Positions 26,141 through 40,309 of a stretch of DNA of 64,000 nt are shown here, in pieces. The stretch spans positions 107,487,293 to 107,551,292 of the forward strand of contig NC_068982.1 of the NCBI RefSeq assembly GCF_001194135.2, in the 5' to 3' direction. The first letter of the stretch is position 1; each line of letters begins with the position of its first letter. The DNA comes from Octopus bimaculoides. Its lineage: Eukaryota. Position numbers and translations under genes: made by a program. Under the pieces are notes generated by a model, which worked only from the letters and a program-made list of their open reading frames with translations, was not told the DNA's origin and did no database searches.

Positions 26141-26812
26141 TTATCATCACTTAGACTTGTGTTTCAAGTTTTCTTAACTCGGCCGATTTATGGTTCTGAG
26201 TAGCTGAGTATAGATTCGCTCACATCTGGAACTCCACACTTGAATGAAAGTATGTGCTAGTGTTGTTGTTTATAGCAGTCCTAGAGTATATACAGTTCCT
26301 ACTTTATAGTTGATTGGGACACATATCCTAAGATTAAGGTCCTGGAATATATAGATTATGTTTCAAAGATGACTGGGGTTTAAACAATACAGCCACTAAT
26401 ATTTGAATAGGATATGGGAATAGAGATGTCAAAGAAATTTTTCTTTTCAATTGTCTGTTTTCTAACCCCTTCTAAATTTAGATAAATAATTGTTAGATGG
26501 AAGTACAATTTAATTATTAATAAAATACTATTTTAAATCAAACTAGCTGACAGAGTTCTCATTCCCATTCCGCTATAAGTTTGACATCTTGCACATATGT
26601 AAGTAATCAATAAATATATTAACTACTGTGTGACATTTGTAAATAGCATAATTTAAATCAATATTAATTTTAAATATTTGTTACTTTTCATTTTCTGTAA
26701 TTTCATCATTTCTTTTGTCTGTATCTATATTTATTTAATATTTTATAAACTTAAGTATTTTTCTATCTTTGTATATGACTGGTAGATAATTGTAATTTTT
26801 TTTTTTTTACAG

Positions 26813-26973
26813 GTTGATAATGACCCAACAGTGGATTTAATGCGAAACAAACTAAGAGGTCTCCTAACTAATCAAGTGTATTGTTTGGTGTCAGTCCCAA
26901 ATGGTAATGATATTTCATCTTTGTTTGAGCTTGACCCAACGACCACTATACGTAGTGATTCATTAGTGCCAAG
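26813..26973 (+). CDS. ITPR: IP3 receptor exon E ([53 protein letters not shown]+AG), phase 0-2
   Basis: Poly-T acAG acceptor, AAG|gtaagt donor, 161 nt. LVSVP.GNDISS.FELDPTT...DSLVPR motif. Confidence 0.95.
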
Positions 26974-29900
26974 GTAAGTTGTATAAGTCTATTGAGTACT
27001 TCACGTACTAAATTCTTTACTTGAACCTCATACGGTAAATTTTACTCATTGACTTGTTCCATTATCCAAAGTAAACACCTCATTCACATTGTTGACTTCA
27101 TTATACCAACTGCGTGACTTTAGTAATATTTTATGTCATCATCATCATCATCAAACATCCATTGTCCGGTTCTGTACTATCAGTTAGTAATGTGTTTGCT
27201 ATATACGTTAATTGTATAGTGATTTCTGTTCTGTGAGCAAGTTGTGCTTATTGAAAAAAAGGATCAAATATGTTGTTAATTGACTAAATCCCAATATGCT
27301 ACATTTAGGTTTTTGGAATGAGGAGAATGAAAATTAATCTCAAAAACTTAATTCTGAGACACTGAACTAGTTGAATTTAATGTAGCTTACTATTTTCTAT
27401 CAAATCAACTCCATATTTGTCAATTACATAGTAAATATATACAGGGTGATGAACTGGAGAAATCATTAGAACATAACAGGACAAAAATACTTTGCAGTAT
27501 TTGTTTTAGTTCTTTATATTCCAAGTTCAGATCCTGCTACGGGATCAAATTTGTCTTTTATACTTATGAGGTTGATAAAATAAAGTACTTGTCATGTACT
27601 GGAGTTCAATATAAGCAACCAGTCCCTTCTCACTAACTTTGTTGCTATGTTAGAAACACATATGTGGTACATTTCACTTCTCACATTCATAAACTAGATA
27701 TTTCTTACATTCGTAAATAAGATATTTCAATTTCAGCTTTTTCACCAGCTTTGAAGTAAGAAAATACTGTTATTAGAATATACACAAAGAGTTAAAATTT
27801 TTTAAATAATTTGCTATCTTTTATACTTGTTAGTTTCAAAAAGAAAGAAAAGAGAGCCAACACTTAAATTGGTTCACTGTTGCCTGGAGTGAAATATGAC
27901 CTGAATAGATTAATTAAGTAAAACATTTCATATTTATATATAAAAAGAGAAAACACAGATTGTTTTTCCAGTTGAGTTATTGAACACTATGTCTTTCTAT
28001 TTTTGCTGATTGACTCTGTATCAGCTACTAATTAATTTAATGTGTAACTTTTCCAAAATACTATTACATATAGACTACTAATTATGAAAAATTTATCTGT
28101 GCTATCCATCTCTGTGTCTATCTGACTAGCTGGTTGTTTGTCTGTCTCTTTGTCAATCAGTTTCCTTATATATATCTATCTGATTATCAACACTGTCAGT
28201 CTGTCTGCCTGACTCATAGATTCATATCTACATTCTGTTTTTATTCTTCTCTTATCCCAACTACTTCAATCTTTCCTTCCTTAGAACATGTTGTCATGTT
28301 ATGTCATATATGAAAAAACATTAACTTTTCAATACTAGTAATACAGTAATGCACACACATATATACACACAAATTCGCTGTATGCACATGTCTTAACATA
28401 TATCTGTGTATATATGTGTGTTTCTGTGTCTATGTCACCTTCCATGTAAAATGAAATCTTCACTGAATTAGCTAACAAATAATTTTTTGTCTAGTTTAAT
28501 TTATGCTCATAGAAGAACTACATTTGTATTTAAGTGAAGTGAAATTAACTTTCAAATTTTGAGCCATCTTGACTTCTTGAATTACTCTCACTAATTTCAT
28601 CAAGAATTATTCTACAATTATGCAGTGTTCTAAGATGATTGAGGTTGATTGTGTGTACATTTCTTCCTTTTATTCTTTGAGTTATATTAAAGATTTTTTT
28701 CCTTTACAGAATTCAAGCTGATCACAAACAAAGTGACAAAACTCTTTTGTTTAAGTCAAGATTATGAATATGTGAATGTACATATATGTTGGTATACATA
28801 TATGTTGGGGCATGTGTGGATAAAGTTGCACTCATGTGACAGATGTGCATATCACTTCAGTATGCAAGTGTGTGTGTGCTTCATTACTGTTCATGCATTT
28901 GTGTGAATGTATCTTGGTGTATATTCCATATGTGCATATATTCACCAAAGAATCTCAAATGGAAAATCCTGGAATGTTTTACAAATTTTCACTATGCCTC
29001 TAATTTATTGTATTTATAGGATGTGACTCACTATATTTTCTTCTTTTTTTGGAGAACCCCAAATCTGTTGTTGCGTAGCCCAATGCCCCTATGATAACTG
29101 GTATAAATGAAAATCTGTAACCTGGTTATAAGAGATGTAAATTTTTCATAAATTCACCTTAGATGTTCTTTTTCACAGTTTTATACAAGACATTTATATC
29201 CAAGATGCAGTTGACTGTGCATGATTTTTTTTCCTCCTTGCTCTATTAAACAATATCTGGCCTATTGTGTTTACACTAGGTTGCTATTGTTATTAGAAAG
29301 TGATACTTACTTTTAGAGGTAAGGATACATTCAAATTTTGGTGCAGCCATCAAGATAATTCTTCCTATAGACCCCAGTGCAAATTGTTTTGGTGACAATG
29401 TCACTAAATGCAGATATTTTTGGACAGCTGCTGATAAAGTGGATATCTTCCACATTTGTATAGCACAGTCAACATTTTCTGTCACAATGTAGAGGTTTAA
29501 AGGCATTTCTTTCTCCTGTTTTTGAGAGCAAAAGCATAGCCTTCTTGATGGTATACAGTGTAGGTCCAGGACAGATTACTATTCCTATTAACGTTGTCAG
29601 CATTCTTTAACATGCACAACATTCTGATACAATAAGTGTTTCTTCTCCAAGTAGGTTAGACCAGCTAGAGTATAGAACAAAAATACACTCAGCATGACTA
29701 TCCAAGAATTCTTTACCTAACTTCATGATGTTATTATTTTTGCTGTTAATATATATACATGATATACTCATTTCTTTTTTTGTGAATCAGTAAGTGTTGT
29801 TTAAGTGAGATGATACAGCACTCAAAAGCTGTTCTTATGCCTTTGTCTCCACCTTTCCATTTTGCATAAGTTCCTTTCAATGTAAATATTGATATTAATG

Positions 29901-32109
29901 TTACCAGTAGTTTTTAGTGGCTTCTAAGTCCTGATGTCCAAGTTGTAGATTTCTTCAAGTCTCTGATCTGTTAGCACAAGCACTAAAAAAGCATTGCGAA
30001 CTATGTTTCTTCTGAAATATGTGGAAGCATTCTTTTGTCACTGACTTTACACACAGCACCAACATATGCAATATTCTGTCTGTTTGCCTGTCTGTGTATG
30101 TATGTATGTATGTAATATGTGTATTTATAGATGTCAACATGTGTGTGTATAACTGACATAACATCTTGTTTTTCCTTGTTTGACTGGAAAAGCAGTTGAA
30201 AGATCTCTTAATCAGTTTAATGTTATACTATTCATATTGTTTTTATCTGCATATATGGTTTGTATAGAATACTGGATAGAATACTGAATATATTAATTAT
30301 TGTATATTAAAGGAAGAAGAAGGCTTATCTAAGGTTTACCCCATGCTTGTAATCCTCTTCACAGTTGTGGAGTTAATACAGAAAAAATGTTAGTATGTCA
30401 GTAGATGAATACTACAAATGGAAGTTGAATCTGAATTTAGTTTGTAGGCTATACATTTGTAATAGACTAGCTTAAGAGAAACATAGCTGTTACTATTGAA
30501 GGAACTGGAATTTATGCAGAGTGGTAGTAGTTATGTAGACATGGATTATGCTATAAGCACTTATATTGCCTTATTTGTCATTCATTTTGATTTACATAAT
30601 TTATTGAATTCTAACTTTGTATAAATTGGACCACTGTTTTGTTGATTTTGCAATGGTTCATAAAAACGTACTGCTTTTAATATAACCAGAGATCTATCTA
30701 TTTGCTAATTAAAAATTGGCTTTTCTGCTGTCATTAATTCTAAGGTGTATTTTAATATGCTTTCTAAGTATGGTTATTTATTTATTTTAAATAAAAATCC
30801 TTGAAGTATGAATGAACTCTTTCAATAAATGTATTGTTAGATGTGCTAATTGAATTAATGCCTTACCATACTACTGTTATGACAAGTATCAAGGATGACT
30901 TGGTAGCATGTACCATGCTTTTGATGATTGTTTCAAGTGCCAATATAGTCATGAGCAGATATAGACATCTTCTCAACCCTCCCATCATTGACCCAGCAGA
31001 ATGTTCAGGATGTAGTAGTTGAAGGGAGAGATGGTTGTACCAGCACTTGGCTGGTAGTCATTTCAGCTGAGTAAACTGGAGCAATGGAATTGAAGTACCT
31101 TGCTGAAGGACCAATTCATTGCCTGATTCAGGCATTGAAACCATGATCTCATGATCATGAGCTCATCACTCTAACCTCTGGGTCATGTACCTTTATTGAT
31201 GTCTATCTAATTCAGTTATGATAGTGGAGTTGACAATCTTCTACTTGTGCATGTAATTTTATAAGTTATAGTGATGACACCCACGAATTAACAGACCAAG
31301 TAGTTTGGAAAATGATCTTTAATATTAATATATTTTATAATATAAGGTTGTTAATATGTTCCCTGGGTCTTTGGTCACATTTAAATTTCTTGTCTTAAGA
31401 AAAATGATTTTTCATCTATTTTATTACATTTTGTTGTAACTGGATTGGGTGCCTGTGCTTTCATCATATGTGTTCATGTTAATGCCTCGTAATTTTATGT
31501 TGTTAATTCTAAGAAGCAGAACATATTCATTAGTTTATTGATTTAGTGGAGTAGTTGTGGTGAACTAACAGTTTTTGATTCTAATTATTTCAACAATTAA
31601 ATTTTCATTGGAGAAACAAAAAGTGAAGTCACATATTGGTGGCTTAAATCCTACAAAGAATGTTGCTAAAAATGTTGAAGTATATAACTTAGAAAGTTTT
31701 ATCTTTTCCAAAATCACAAGATTGTCACTTGAAAAAGAAGTATAATTTTGCTATTAATATTAGGTTTGTATGTAAATTGAAGAATAGACTTAGTAGACTG
31801 TAGATTGGCACAATCATTTAAGTAGTGGATAAATTGCTTGCAATATTTATTTACTGACTTTTATGTTTTGCATTCAAATCCCTCTGAGGTGATCTTTACT
31901 TTTCATCTTTCCAAAATCAATAAAATATTGTTATAGTCAAGTCCTAGGATGGATTTTGATATTTTTTTTATAAAGCATCCTAGAAGTGAATGCAAATATA
32001 ATAGAAAACTAAGACAAACTTACATTTGCAAATCTTTTCCTTTCAGCTTCACCCTTTCACAAATATTACTGTCACCTAAGCTATTCTTATTGCTTTCTGA
32101 TCATACTTC

Positions 32110-33110
32110 CTATTATCACCTTCTTTCCAGATTTCCCAGTCTTGTCTCTTAGCCTTTACCACCCTATCAACTATATCATTCCATTACCATATCACTTCCA
32201 GCTTTGCTGGAACATTGTCCCAGCCATGTGTTTAATCAGTACCCCTGAGCAGGTTGTTTCATAGATATTTCCTGTTGTCATCTATGCCACAGATATCTAA
32301 ATTTTTCTTCCTAGTCATTTGCATCAATTAGGATTTCTCAAAATCTATTCCCAATTGTGCGATCTTTTATTTTCTGTATCTTCTCTGTATCATTTTCAGT
32401 TTCAGTGGTGGCTTAGCTGACTCTGAAGTTGCTAGACACTAATCTATGTTATGTTGTGCACTCTTCACCTGAAAAGGTATTCCCATTTGCAATAGCCCTT
32501 CTGTCCTGTTTCCTGGTGAGAAAAAAAATTGTCTGACTTGCGTGTTCACCAGATTGGTAAATGATGAGGTGCCAGGCTGGTTTTTTAAAACTGGTGTTTC
32601 AAATTGTCAAATTAGTTGCATCACAAGCTTCCAGGAGCTTTACACCCATGTCATTTCTTGTACCATATCCCTAGTCTCTATGTATGTCACAGAAGTCATC
32701 AGCATGTTGGCCAACATATCTGTTGAAGTTGCTTGCTATGATTATGAAGTCACTGTCAGTTGTCATTGAGGTAGTCTGCAGGTTCTTATAGAAGCTGTCT
32801 CCTTCCATTCTTCTGTCAAATCAGCATGCAGAGCTTATGCAGAAATAACCACCCTGTTGAGTTATCTATAAGTAGTCACATCTTACTTATTCTGCTGCAC
32901 ACCCTGTCTACCTTACATTATCCATTTTTCAGCTAACTCTATGCCTACTCCACCTCTGCTGTCACTATTACTCACCCAGAAAAGTTTGAGTCACTGTCTT
33001 GTGTTTGAGGAATATGGTTGAGGATCCTTTCAATCTTACTTCTTGCACACAGCACACATTTACTTGTCACCACTAGTATTTCAAGACCCTTACCTGACCT
33101 ACCTTTCATC
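32110..33110 (-). mobile_element. Degenerate RTE LINE 5' fragment (AP endonuclease)
   Basis: The minus strand reads KGRSG..., VCCVQEVRLKG, GYGTRNDMGVKLLEACDATNL..NTSFKKPAWHL and NNLLRGTD, with stops. Same family as 24560-25012. Confidence 0.8.
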
Positions 33111-33469
33111 ATGTGTGTGTGTGTGTGTGTGTGTGAGTGTGTAGTGATGTAGAGGATGAGAAATACTGGTTTGCAGAAGGATGAGGTGAGAAACATAAGA
33201 TTGGCTCAGGAAGGAGAATAGAATAGAAAGTAGTGGGATTATGTGAAAGGAGTAGGAGCAGTTGAGAGTGAGATATAGGGATACATAAGGAGCTAAAGTA
33301 GATGGGTCATGATGGTATATATGGGAGGATATTGGAATGATAGCTGATAATCGAGTTGTTTAGAATGGAGTATAGCATGTCAGAGACAGGGGAGGAAGGG
33401 AATAGTGCCTTGTATGTACAACCATAACCAAGTACATTTAGGATATTAATTTTGCTGTAATGGATGGAT

Positions 33470-33835
33470 CTTTTTGTGCACAAAAACACCAACCATCTCA
33501 GTCTTTGTCATCTCATCCATAAGGCTCAGTACCTTCATTTCAGCCTTCAATACTTTGTCCCATGTCTTCCTGGTTTTCACTCTTCCATGAGTTCCTTCTA
33601 CTTTCAGCCATCAGCACTTCTTTATGCAACTGTCTTCATCCATATACATCATATGACCAGCTCTCTCTTGCACACATCTGATTCCTCGTATGCCTAACTA
33701 TTCTCTCAATACAGTTGCACTCTGTTGTATATGTACACTAACATTGCACATCCAGTAGAGCATACTAGCTTCATTCCTCTCTAGTCTCCACATGTCCTCT
33801 GCATTTAGGGCTCATGTCTCACTACCATGTAGCAT
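33470..33835 (-). mobile_element. Degenerate RTE LINE 3' fragment
   Basis: The minus strand reads MLHGSET*ALNAEDMWRLERNEASML.WMCNVSVH, homologous to 46420-46720. Confidence 0.75.
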
Positions 33836-34402
33836 TCGTGTGTGTGTATATAATCACATACAGTAGGCATACTCAACACACCTAAATTTTCTCAACTTTG
33901 CTGCAAATTAGGCTTTTAGTATGAACCAACAACAGAGCTTCAACATTGTTATTCAATCTGCTAGAAAATATAACCAAATAACCCTCAAATCACACCTTAC
34001 CATTTTAAAAAAGGGACCACAAATTGATTAATGCAATTTTAGTCATAATGAAAGAATTGGGTGACTATTGTTGAAATACCTTTGGTCACAAGGCTGATCA
34101 TGGCTGTGACCAACAACTTTTCACTATTATCAGCCTGACATCCTTCCAAATTGATGCCCTTCATAATATATATGAAATAACAAACAGTAACTTTTAATAG
34201 TGGAACTAACTCCTTAGTTGTATCACAACTCACTTGTAACAGTTACAACTACTAAATAGTGAATACCATTCTTTTAACATTCATTCTTCTATAATTAAAA
34301 TTGTAACTCAGCACATTTAACCTTCTGACAATGACTTCAGCATGTTATATAAGATAATTTAGGTTAAAAGTTTGAATGCTTTGTCTCCTTTCTCATAGCC
34401 AC

Positions 34403-35010
34403 TATGAAAAACTCATATAAATTATATTTTGAATTAAAAGCAGCTCTGATAATGTAAACATCATCAGTTGCACATACATAGTGTATATGTTTTGTTTATA
34501 TGCCAGTTTGTTGCAGGATAGCATCCTGGGAAAGCCTCCTACATGACACTGAGTGTTAAGAACTCTGAATGTCCCAAACCAGGCAAGATAACTTGCCCCA
34601 GGGTGAGCAAGAATGATAGTTATTAATGTTTCACTATTATTGTAGCTCTTCAGTACCAAGTACTCAACACACCTCAGAACGAAATGAATCACTAGTCTGA
34701 GGCATTTATGCAAATAATGTGAAATCTATTTGCTGATGTGCCGAGGCATAGCAATTGTGAAACAAAATTGAATTTCAAATTAAAAGCAGCTCTAATAATG
34801 TAAGCATTGTCAGTTTCACATACATAGTGTATGTGTTTTGTTTATGCACCAATGTATGTTTTGTTTATATGCAAGCTGTCTCAGCTGGTCTGGGACAGTC
34901 AGTGTTTTTTAACATTTAGTGTCATGTATGGATCTTTCCCAGGATGCTATCCTGCAACAAATTGGTATATAAACAAAACACGCTGTGTATGTCTGACTAA
35001 TAATGTTTAT
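34403..35010. repeat. Composite direct plus inverted duplication (three partial copies of one unit)
   Basis: 34403-34505 is repeated directly at 34756-34870. 34455-34582 is inverted at 34885-35010. Confidence 0.8.
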
Positions 35011-37179
35011 ATAAATTATACTCTTGTGATATATGTATGAGTTTTTGGTTTTTGTACGTTTGTGTGTATAAACATTGATATCAAGAAATGTATTTTGTAT
35101 TAAAAAAAGAATAAAAATTCCTCATGTGTGCCAGAGCTACAGGACCATTCCATTCATCCTTGCAAGAAAAATTAAAATGAAGTATTTGTTTCCTTCTTTT
35201 GACCTATCCTCCTCCTTTTACAATTTAAGAATTTGACAAGTAGTTCTCCATTTGTGCAAAATAAAAGTTTATGATAAAGAATTTATCTTCAATGTCTTTT
35301 ACATTGAAACTTCATTATATGTGTGTATGCTTTCCAATTTTAATCTTGCTTTTTTTGCAGTTACAAGTTAGGTTCCCCAATGGAAAGGTCTGATTTATTT
35401 TGTTTGTTTTTACTTTAGCTTTCATATCTCTTGTTTTATTTAGCTTAATTTTCCCATGGAAGAATATTGCATGCCATTTATTCAAGAAGAAACCTTTACC
35501 AATATCCTGTCATTCAGTTTCTCTTCATCAAAGGCTTTGAATTTAATTCAAGGCTCCCTGATAAAATATTGCCCTGTTAAACTATTAACACAGTGTTTTT
35601 CAACTGGGTTGCTATGGAATATTCAGTGGAGGCCACAGCTAGTGGCCTTGCAATGACACAAAATCTTCAAATCTGCTACACAGACACATAATAGAATTTA
35701 AAAAATTGGTAACATTAAAACAAATGTCTAAAACTTATTGCAAAAGTATAAATTAGGGATGCTTAGATACTGTATGGGTCATGAGAAGGCATTACTGAGA
35801 CAAAGTTGAAAAACACTGTATTAACATTAATAGTAGCATGAGCTATACCTAGTAATAAACTTCAATGTGGCCTCTGTCTTTATATTCTAGTGCCCACTAA
35901 TAGATATACACCTGATATATTATATACTTATATCTATAATGGCTGGTAATGTTTAATTTGATATGTAATGGAACTAATTTTGCCTGCTGTAACTTTTCCT
36001 TCAAACAATGGCTGCAATAGCCTTCTCTTAGATATATTTCCCAATTTTTCTATCTCTCCCTTTTTATTTCTTTCACTCTCACTCTGTCCTTATCTATCTT
36101 TTCTCTTTCTTCCTCTCACTCACATACATAAACACTTTTCTAAACAAACAACTGCTTTTAGTTATCACACTATGTATGTAATATTTATTATACATGTGAA
36201 AGGTTAGATACATTGCTGTCACTGCTAGTTTTAAAAATTCTTTTCTTGTGTCATTCTGATCATTATTTCTATGTATAAAGATTTTAACATTTGAGGAATT
36301 GTGTCTAAAACATGTATGAATTAAAAATGAAATTTGTTATAAGAGATAAGTATTCAAAAGAAAGGGTAAGAGGTTTTAGATATACAAGGCTAGGATTACT
36401 TCAGATATGGTTATTTAACTGAGTGAGGTCCACTGAATTAATTAGTGAAACATTGTAAGCTATCAATGGTACCAAATTGAGAAAGAATAACATTCATTGA
36501 TAAAATCTAGATACTTTGTTCAGGATATAGGGAATTTGAATTCTTGTCTGATTTCAGATCAGTAAAAATATTAGAAAGAAGCTTTTTTGTCCTTTTATTT
36601 ATTTGTAGGGATGTTACAGATAAGATTTATCTGTATCCTATTTCAATTTTCTCTTTGGTCAAAAGAAGCAAGATTAAATTTTATGACTATTTTAAACTAA
36701 TTATAAACTTTAAACAATACATCCATATTTTCAGTTTTGTACTTAACCCCATTAAAGTGTCTCAAAAGATTTTGAAAAAGGCATGAATTTCACAGAATCT
36801 CATCTCTTTTCTCTCATTGATATGAGGATTTGTACTGACATGTGAATTAAACAACAGAGTATTCCTTGATAATTTTTCTATGACTGAAGATTTTAATTGT
36901 AAAAGATGTTTACAAATACACAGGCAACTAAGCATGTTCCTTCACATCCTTCACACAACATACTTAATGAGGTCTAAATCTCCTAAGTGGTTCACACATA
37001 ACTGTGTTGCAACTGCAAAAGCAATGAGTATAACTAACAATGCACCACCACCACCAAAACAATCATTCATCTCTTTCAACTGGATGTCTTTAACTCATAC
37101 CACAATTTACTAGTTATACAGAATGCTCCAAGTTATCACTCCTCAATCATGGTGGCTCTGTAATTAGTAGTTCTACAGA

Positions 37180-38130
37180 GCAAGCAATGTGGAATTGAAT
37201 GTGAGAACTTTCACACTTGTTGATTCAACTCCACATTGCTTCCCTCCAATCTCCACATATCTCTCCACTGTGTACACAATAATGTCATATACAAAAATAC
37301 CTTTACTTCAAATCAATAAAACCATTGGTTGTGACAATGTTTCTTATATTGTCACCAGACATTGCACCCTAGAGTTAGCTCTTATCCGTATCCTTAAGTC
37401 TACCTCTCTCTTCATAGAAACCTATCTTGATCTTGAGAAACATACTACAGTGTGTCTGATCTCCAATAATAAAAACCTCATTGACCCTGCTGACTATTGA
37501 CTTATCACTCATTTCCAACATCTCAATAATGATAGTGACAGTCATTAACACTCTGAATCTCTCTTCTTTCTTAGTGACTTCAAGTCTGACTTTTGTAGAG
37601 TCAGATCTAATCTCTTACTAGAGGTCTCTTATACAAGGTTGTTACTTGATGTAAGCAAAGAAATTGGTTGTGTCTGTTACATGAATCTCCTTGCTAAGCT
37701 TCCCTCATATGGGCTCTATCAATCTCTTATCTTGTGGGTCAGAAACTTTCATCCAGATCACACTATTACAGTGTGAGCTCTCTCCAACCCAAATTCTATA
37801 AATTTTATGTGTCCCAAGGTTTGATTACATCACCCACACATTCTATCTCTCTCTCTAACTTGTTGTCACCTTCAACAATGGTAACTCCAATGCAGATGTT
37901 ACCACTCTTCATTCCTCCATAACCTTCCACTCACAGGTGTGATCCACATACGTTCTATACACCTCACATTAAACTTGCACTGGCTTTATAACACATTTTC
38001 CACAGGACATAACCATCATAACTCTTTCAACAAAGCTACAATCTGTGCATATCAAGGGAAAAAAGCCTTCTATCTCACTCCTGGCCAACATAAAATTAAA
38101 ACTCTCAAAATTCCTACAAATATTAGACCC
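37180..38130 (+). mobile_element. Highly degenerate CR1/Jockey-group LINE reverse-transcriptase fragment
   Basis: Remnant motifs IDPADY*LI (cf. DPSNYRPIS), KLPSYGLY..LILWV and VSQG (cf. VPQG), with many stops. Confidence 0.5.
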
Positions 38131-40256
38131 CAACAATCATAAATGAGCATTCCTGCTGATCTCATATTCATAACATAGCAAAAATTGCATTCCAAAGATA
38201 ATTTTTCCGATTTAGGGCCAAAATATTGACAACACACAAAACAGTAACAGAACAGAAGAGTGGCAGACATCTCACCAGCCTCAGAGAGAATATGAAGGTC
38301 ATTAGCACAGCTCCTTCCTTTTAGTTAAACCATAAAAATTACAAGTATCTTTATTGTAGTCATCTATTGATCCATATACAACATGACATTTCCATAATTC
38401 TTATTGCAGTGTAAAAACTTCATTACATATGAACTTTTAGTTCAGTTTTGTACGTTGTATATATTTTGCATTGCCAGTTACATTACATAAAAAAGATGTA
38501 TTAAAGAAAAGCAAATCCTAGCTGGAGTTCTCTTTACATTAACTTTTATCTCTGATACCACTCCTATCTCAAACTTTACTCTTAGCAGAATGATAATCAT
38601 TCTATATTTCATAATGAATAAAGTCTGTTTGGGGATTTGAACACAGAATCATAAGACTGTAAACACTGACCCAGCAGTTAAAAAGTGTGTGTTTGTGTGT
38701 TGTGTGTTTACCACACAGTACCTTATGTGATAACAGATATTTTTATGGGAAATAAAAAAGGATTGTTGACTTGTATTTGTGTTGAATATCTATATAAGTA
38801 AAAATACCACATGAAGAACACTTGAGCAGTCTTTACTCTTTTATCAAACTGAATATTTGTATGTCTGTAAAGCTTGACCTAATTTTGTATGTCCCTCGAA
38901 TTTCTATAATGAGAGAAATTTATTTAAAGGGCTGTTATTTTTGTTTGTGCTATTGTTGTTATCGTTGTTATTGTCTTGAGACTGTAAATGGAATGTGGAT
39001 GTTTATTGATGTTTGTTTCAATGTTGACATCATACTGGCTGCTACTCATACTGATTGCCCTGTTATATTTATGTGTATTTCTTCTGTCTTAATGTTTTCA
39101 GATGTTGGCTTACCTCTACAATAGGGCCTCTAAGGCCTGCCCTTTGCCAAATCCCTTTTGTGAGGAAAGGGTTACGAATTAAAATATAATACCCCACCTC
39201 CTCTAGCTTGACAGCCTATTTCCAGGTTTCCCTTCTTTTCATCTAATTTACATCTGAGTAGTTTGAACCCAATTGATGAAACTGTGTACTTTGTCCAATT
39301 ACATAGAAAAGTATCCATGATGGGATATGTACTCTTGACTCAGGAGAGGGGAAATTCATACATCATTCACTAGACTTATTGCCACTCCCTATTCCTTAAT
39401 TAGATATTCAGAACTACTGTTACAGGTCTTGTACTCTGCATCTGCTGCATGTTTCACAGCCTTCTTTCACCTCATTCTTTCTCCACCAAGCCTTTTAGGT
39501 GAATGACGCAAATGTAATACTCTATATATGATGTTACTAAAAAACTTACAGTCAGATCTAGATAAAGCAAAACTTACACTGCACAATTTGTTCAAGTTTT
39601 GTTTTTTAATGTTTATTTTGTTTATTTGTATATAAAAGTATTCTTTCTCATTAACTCTAAAGAACTTCATTTACGGATAAGACATTATCATGATTTGAAC
39701 ATGAAAATTGCTGTGACAATTATTTATAGTACTCTGTGAGTGGTGTTGTAATAACTTTATATTATTTTCATATCAGTCTGAGATTTTTGCAGTTGGTACA
39801 CATACTGTCGGTCCACATATCACTACTACACTCCTTTGAAATTAGTGACCACATTTGTCTAATGGCATACAAGTGTCAAAAACATGTTACCACACCTCAT
39901 TAGATGAAAGGATGTCATGTTGATTTTGTGATTATTGTGACTCTTTGTTTTATGGCTAACAACTTCATAGATACACTTAGGAATGAGACATTATGTCCAC
40001 TATCTTGTCAAGAGTAAACTAAATGTATTTTTAATGGAGGCAAGAAGAGAAGGTTTTTAAGTAAAGAGCATGGCCAAAATGTGGAACAAAGTAATCCAAG
40101 ATCCTGTTTCATGATTTTATTACTGAAACCCATAATAGATTATTATTATGAAAGTATGTATCAGTGAAATTAAGTAGATGAGAAATGTGCAGAAGTTGAT
40201 TGGATAGATTGCTCCTGTAATTCAAAGGCTCACCAGCTCTCTCTCTCTCTCTCTCT

Positions 40257-40309
<53 letters not shown>

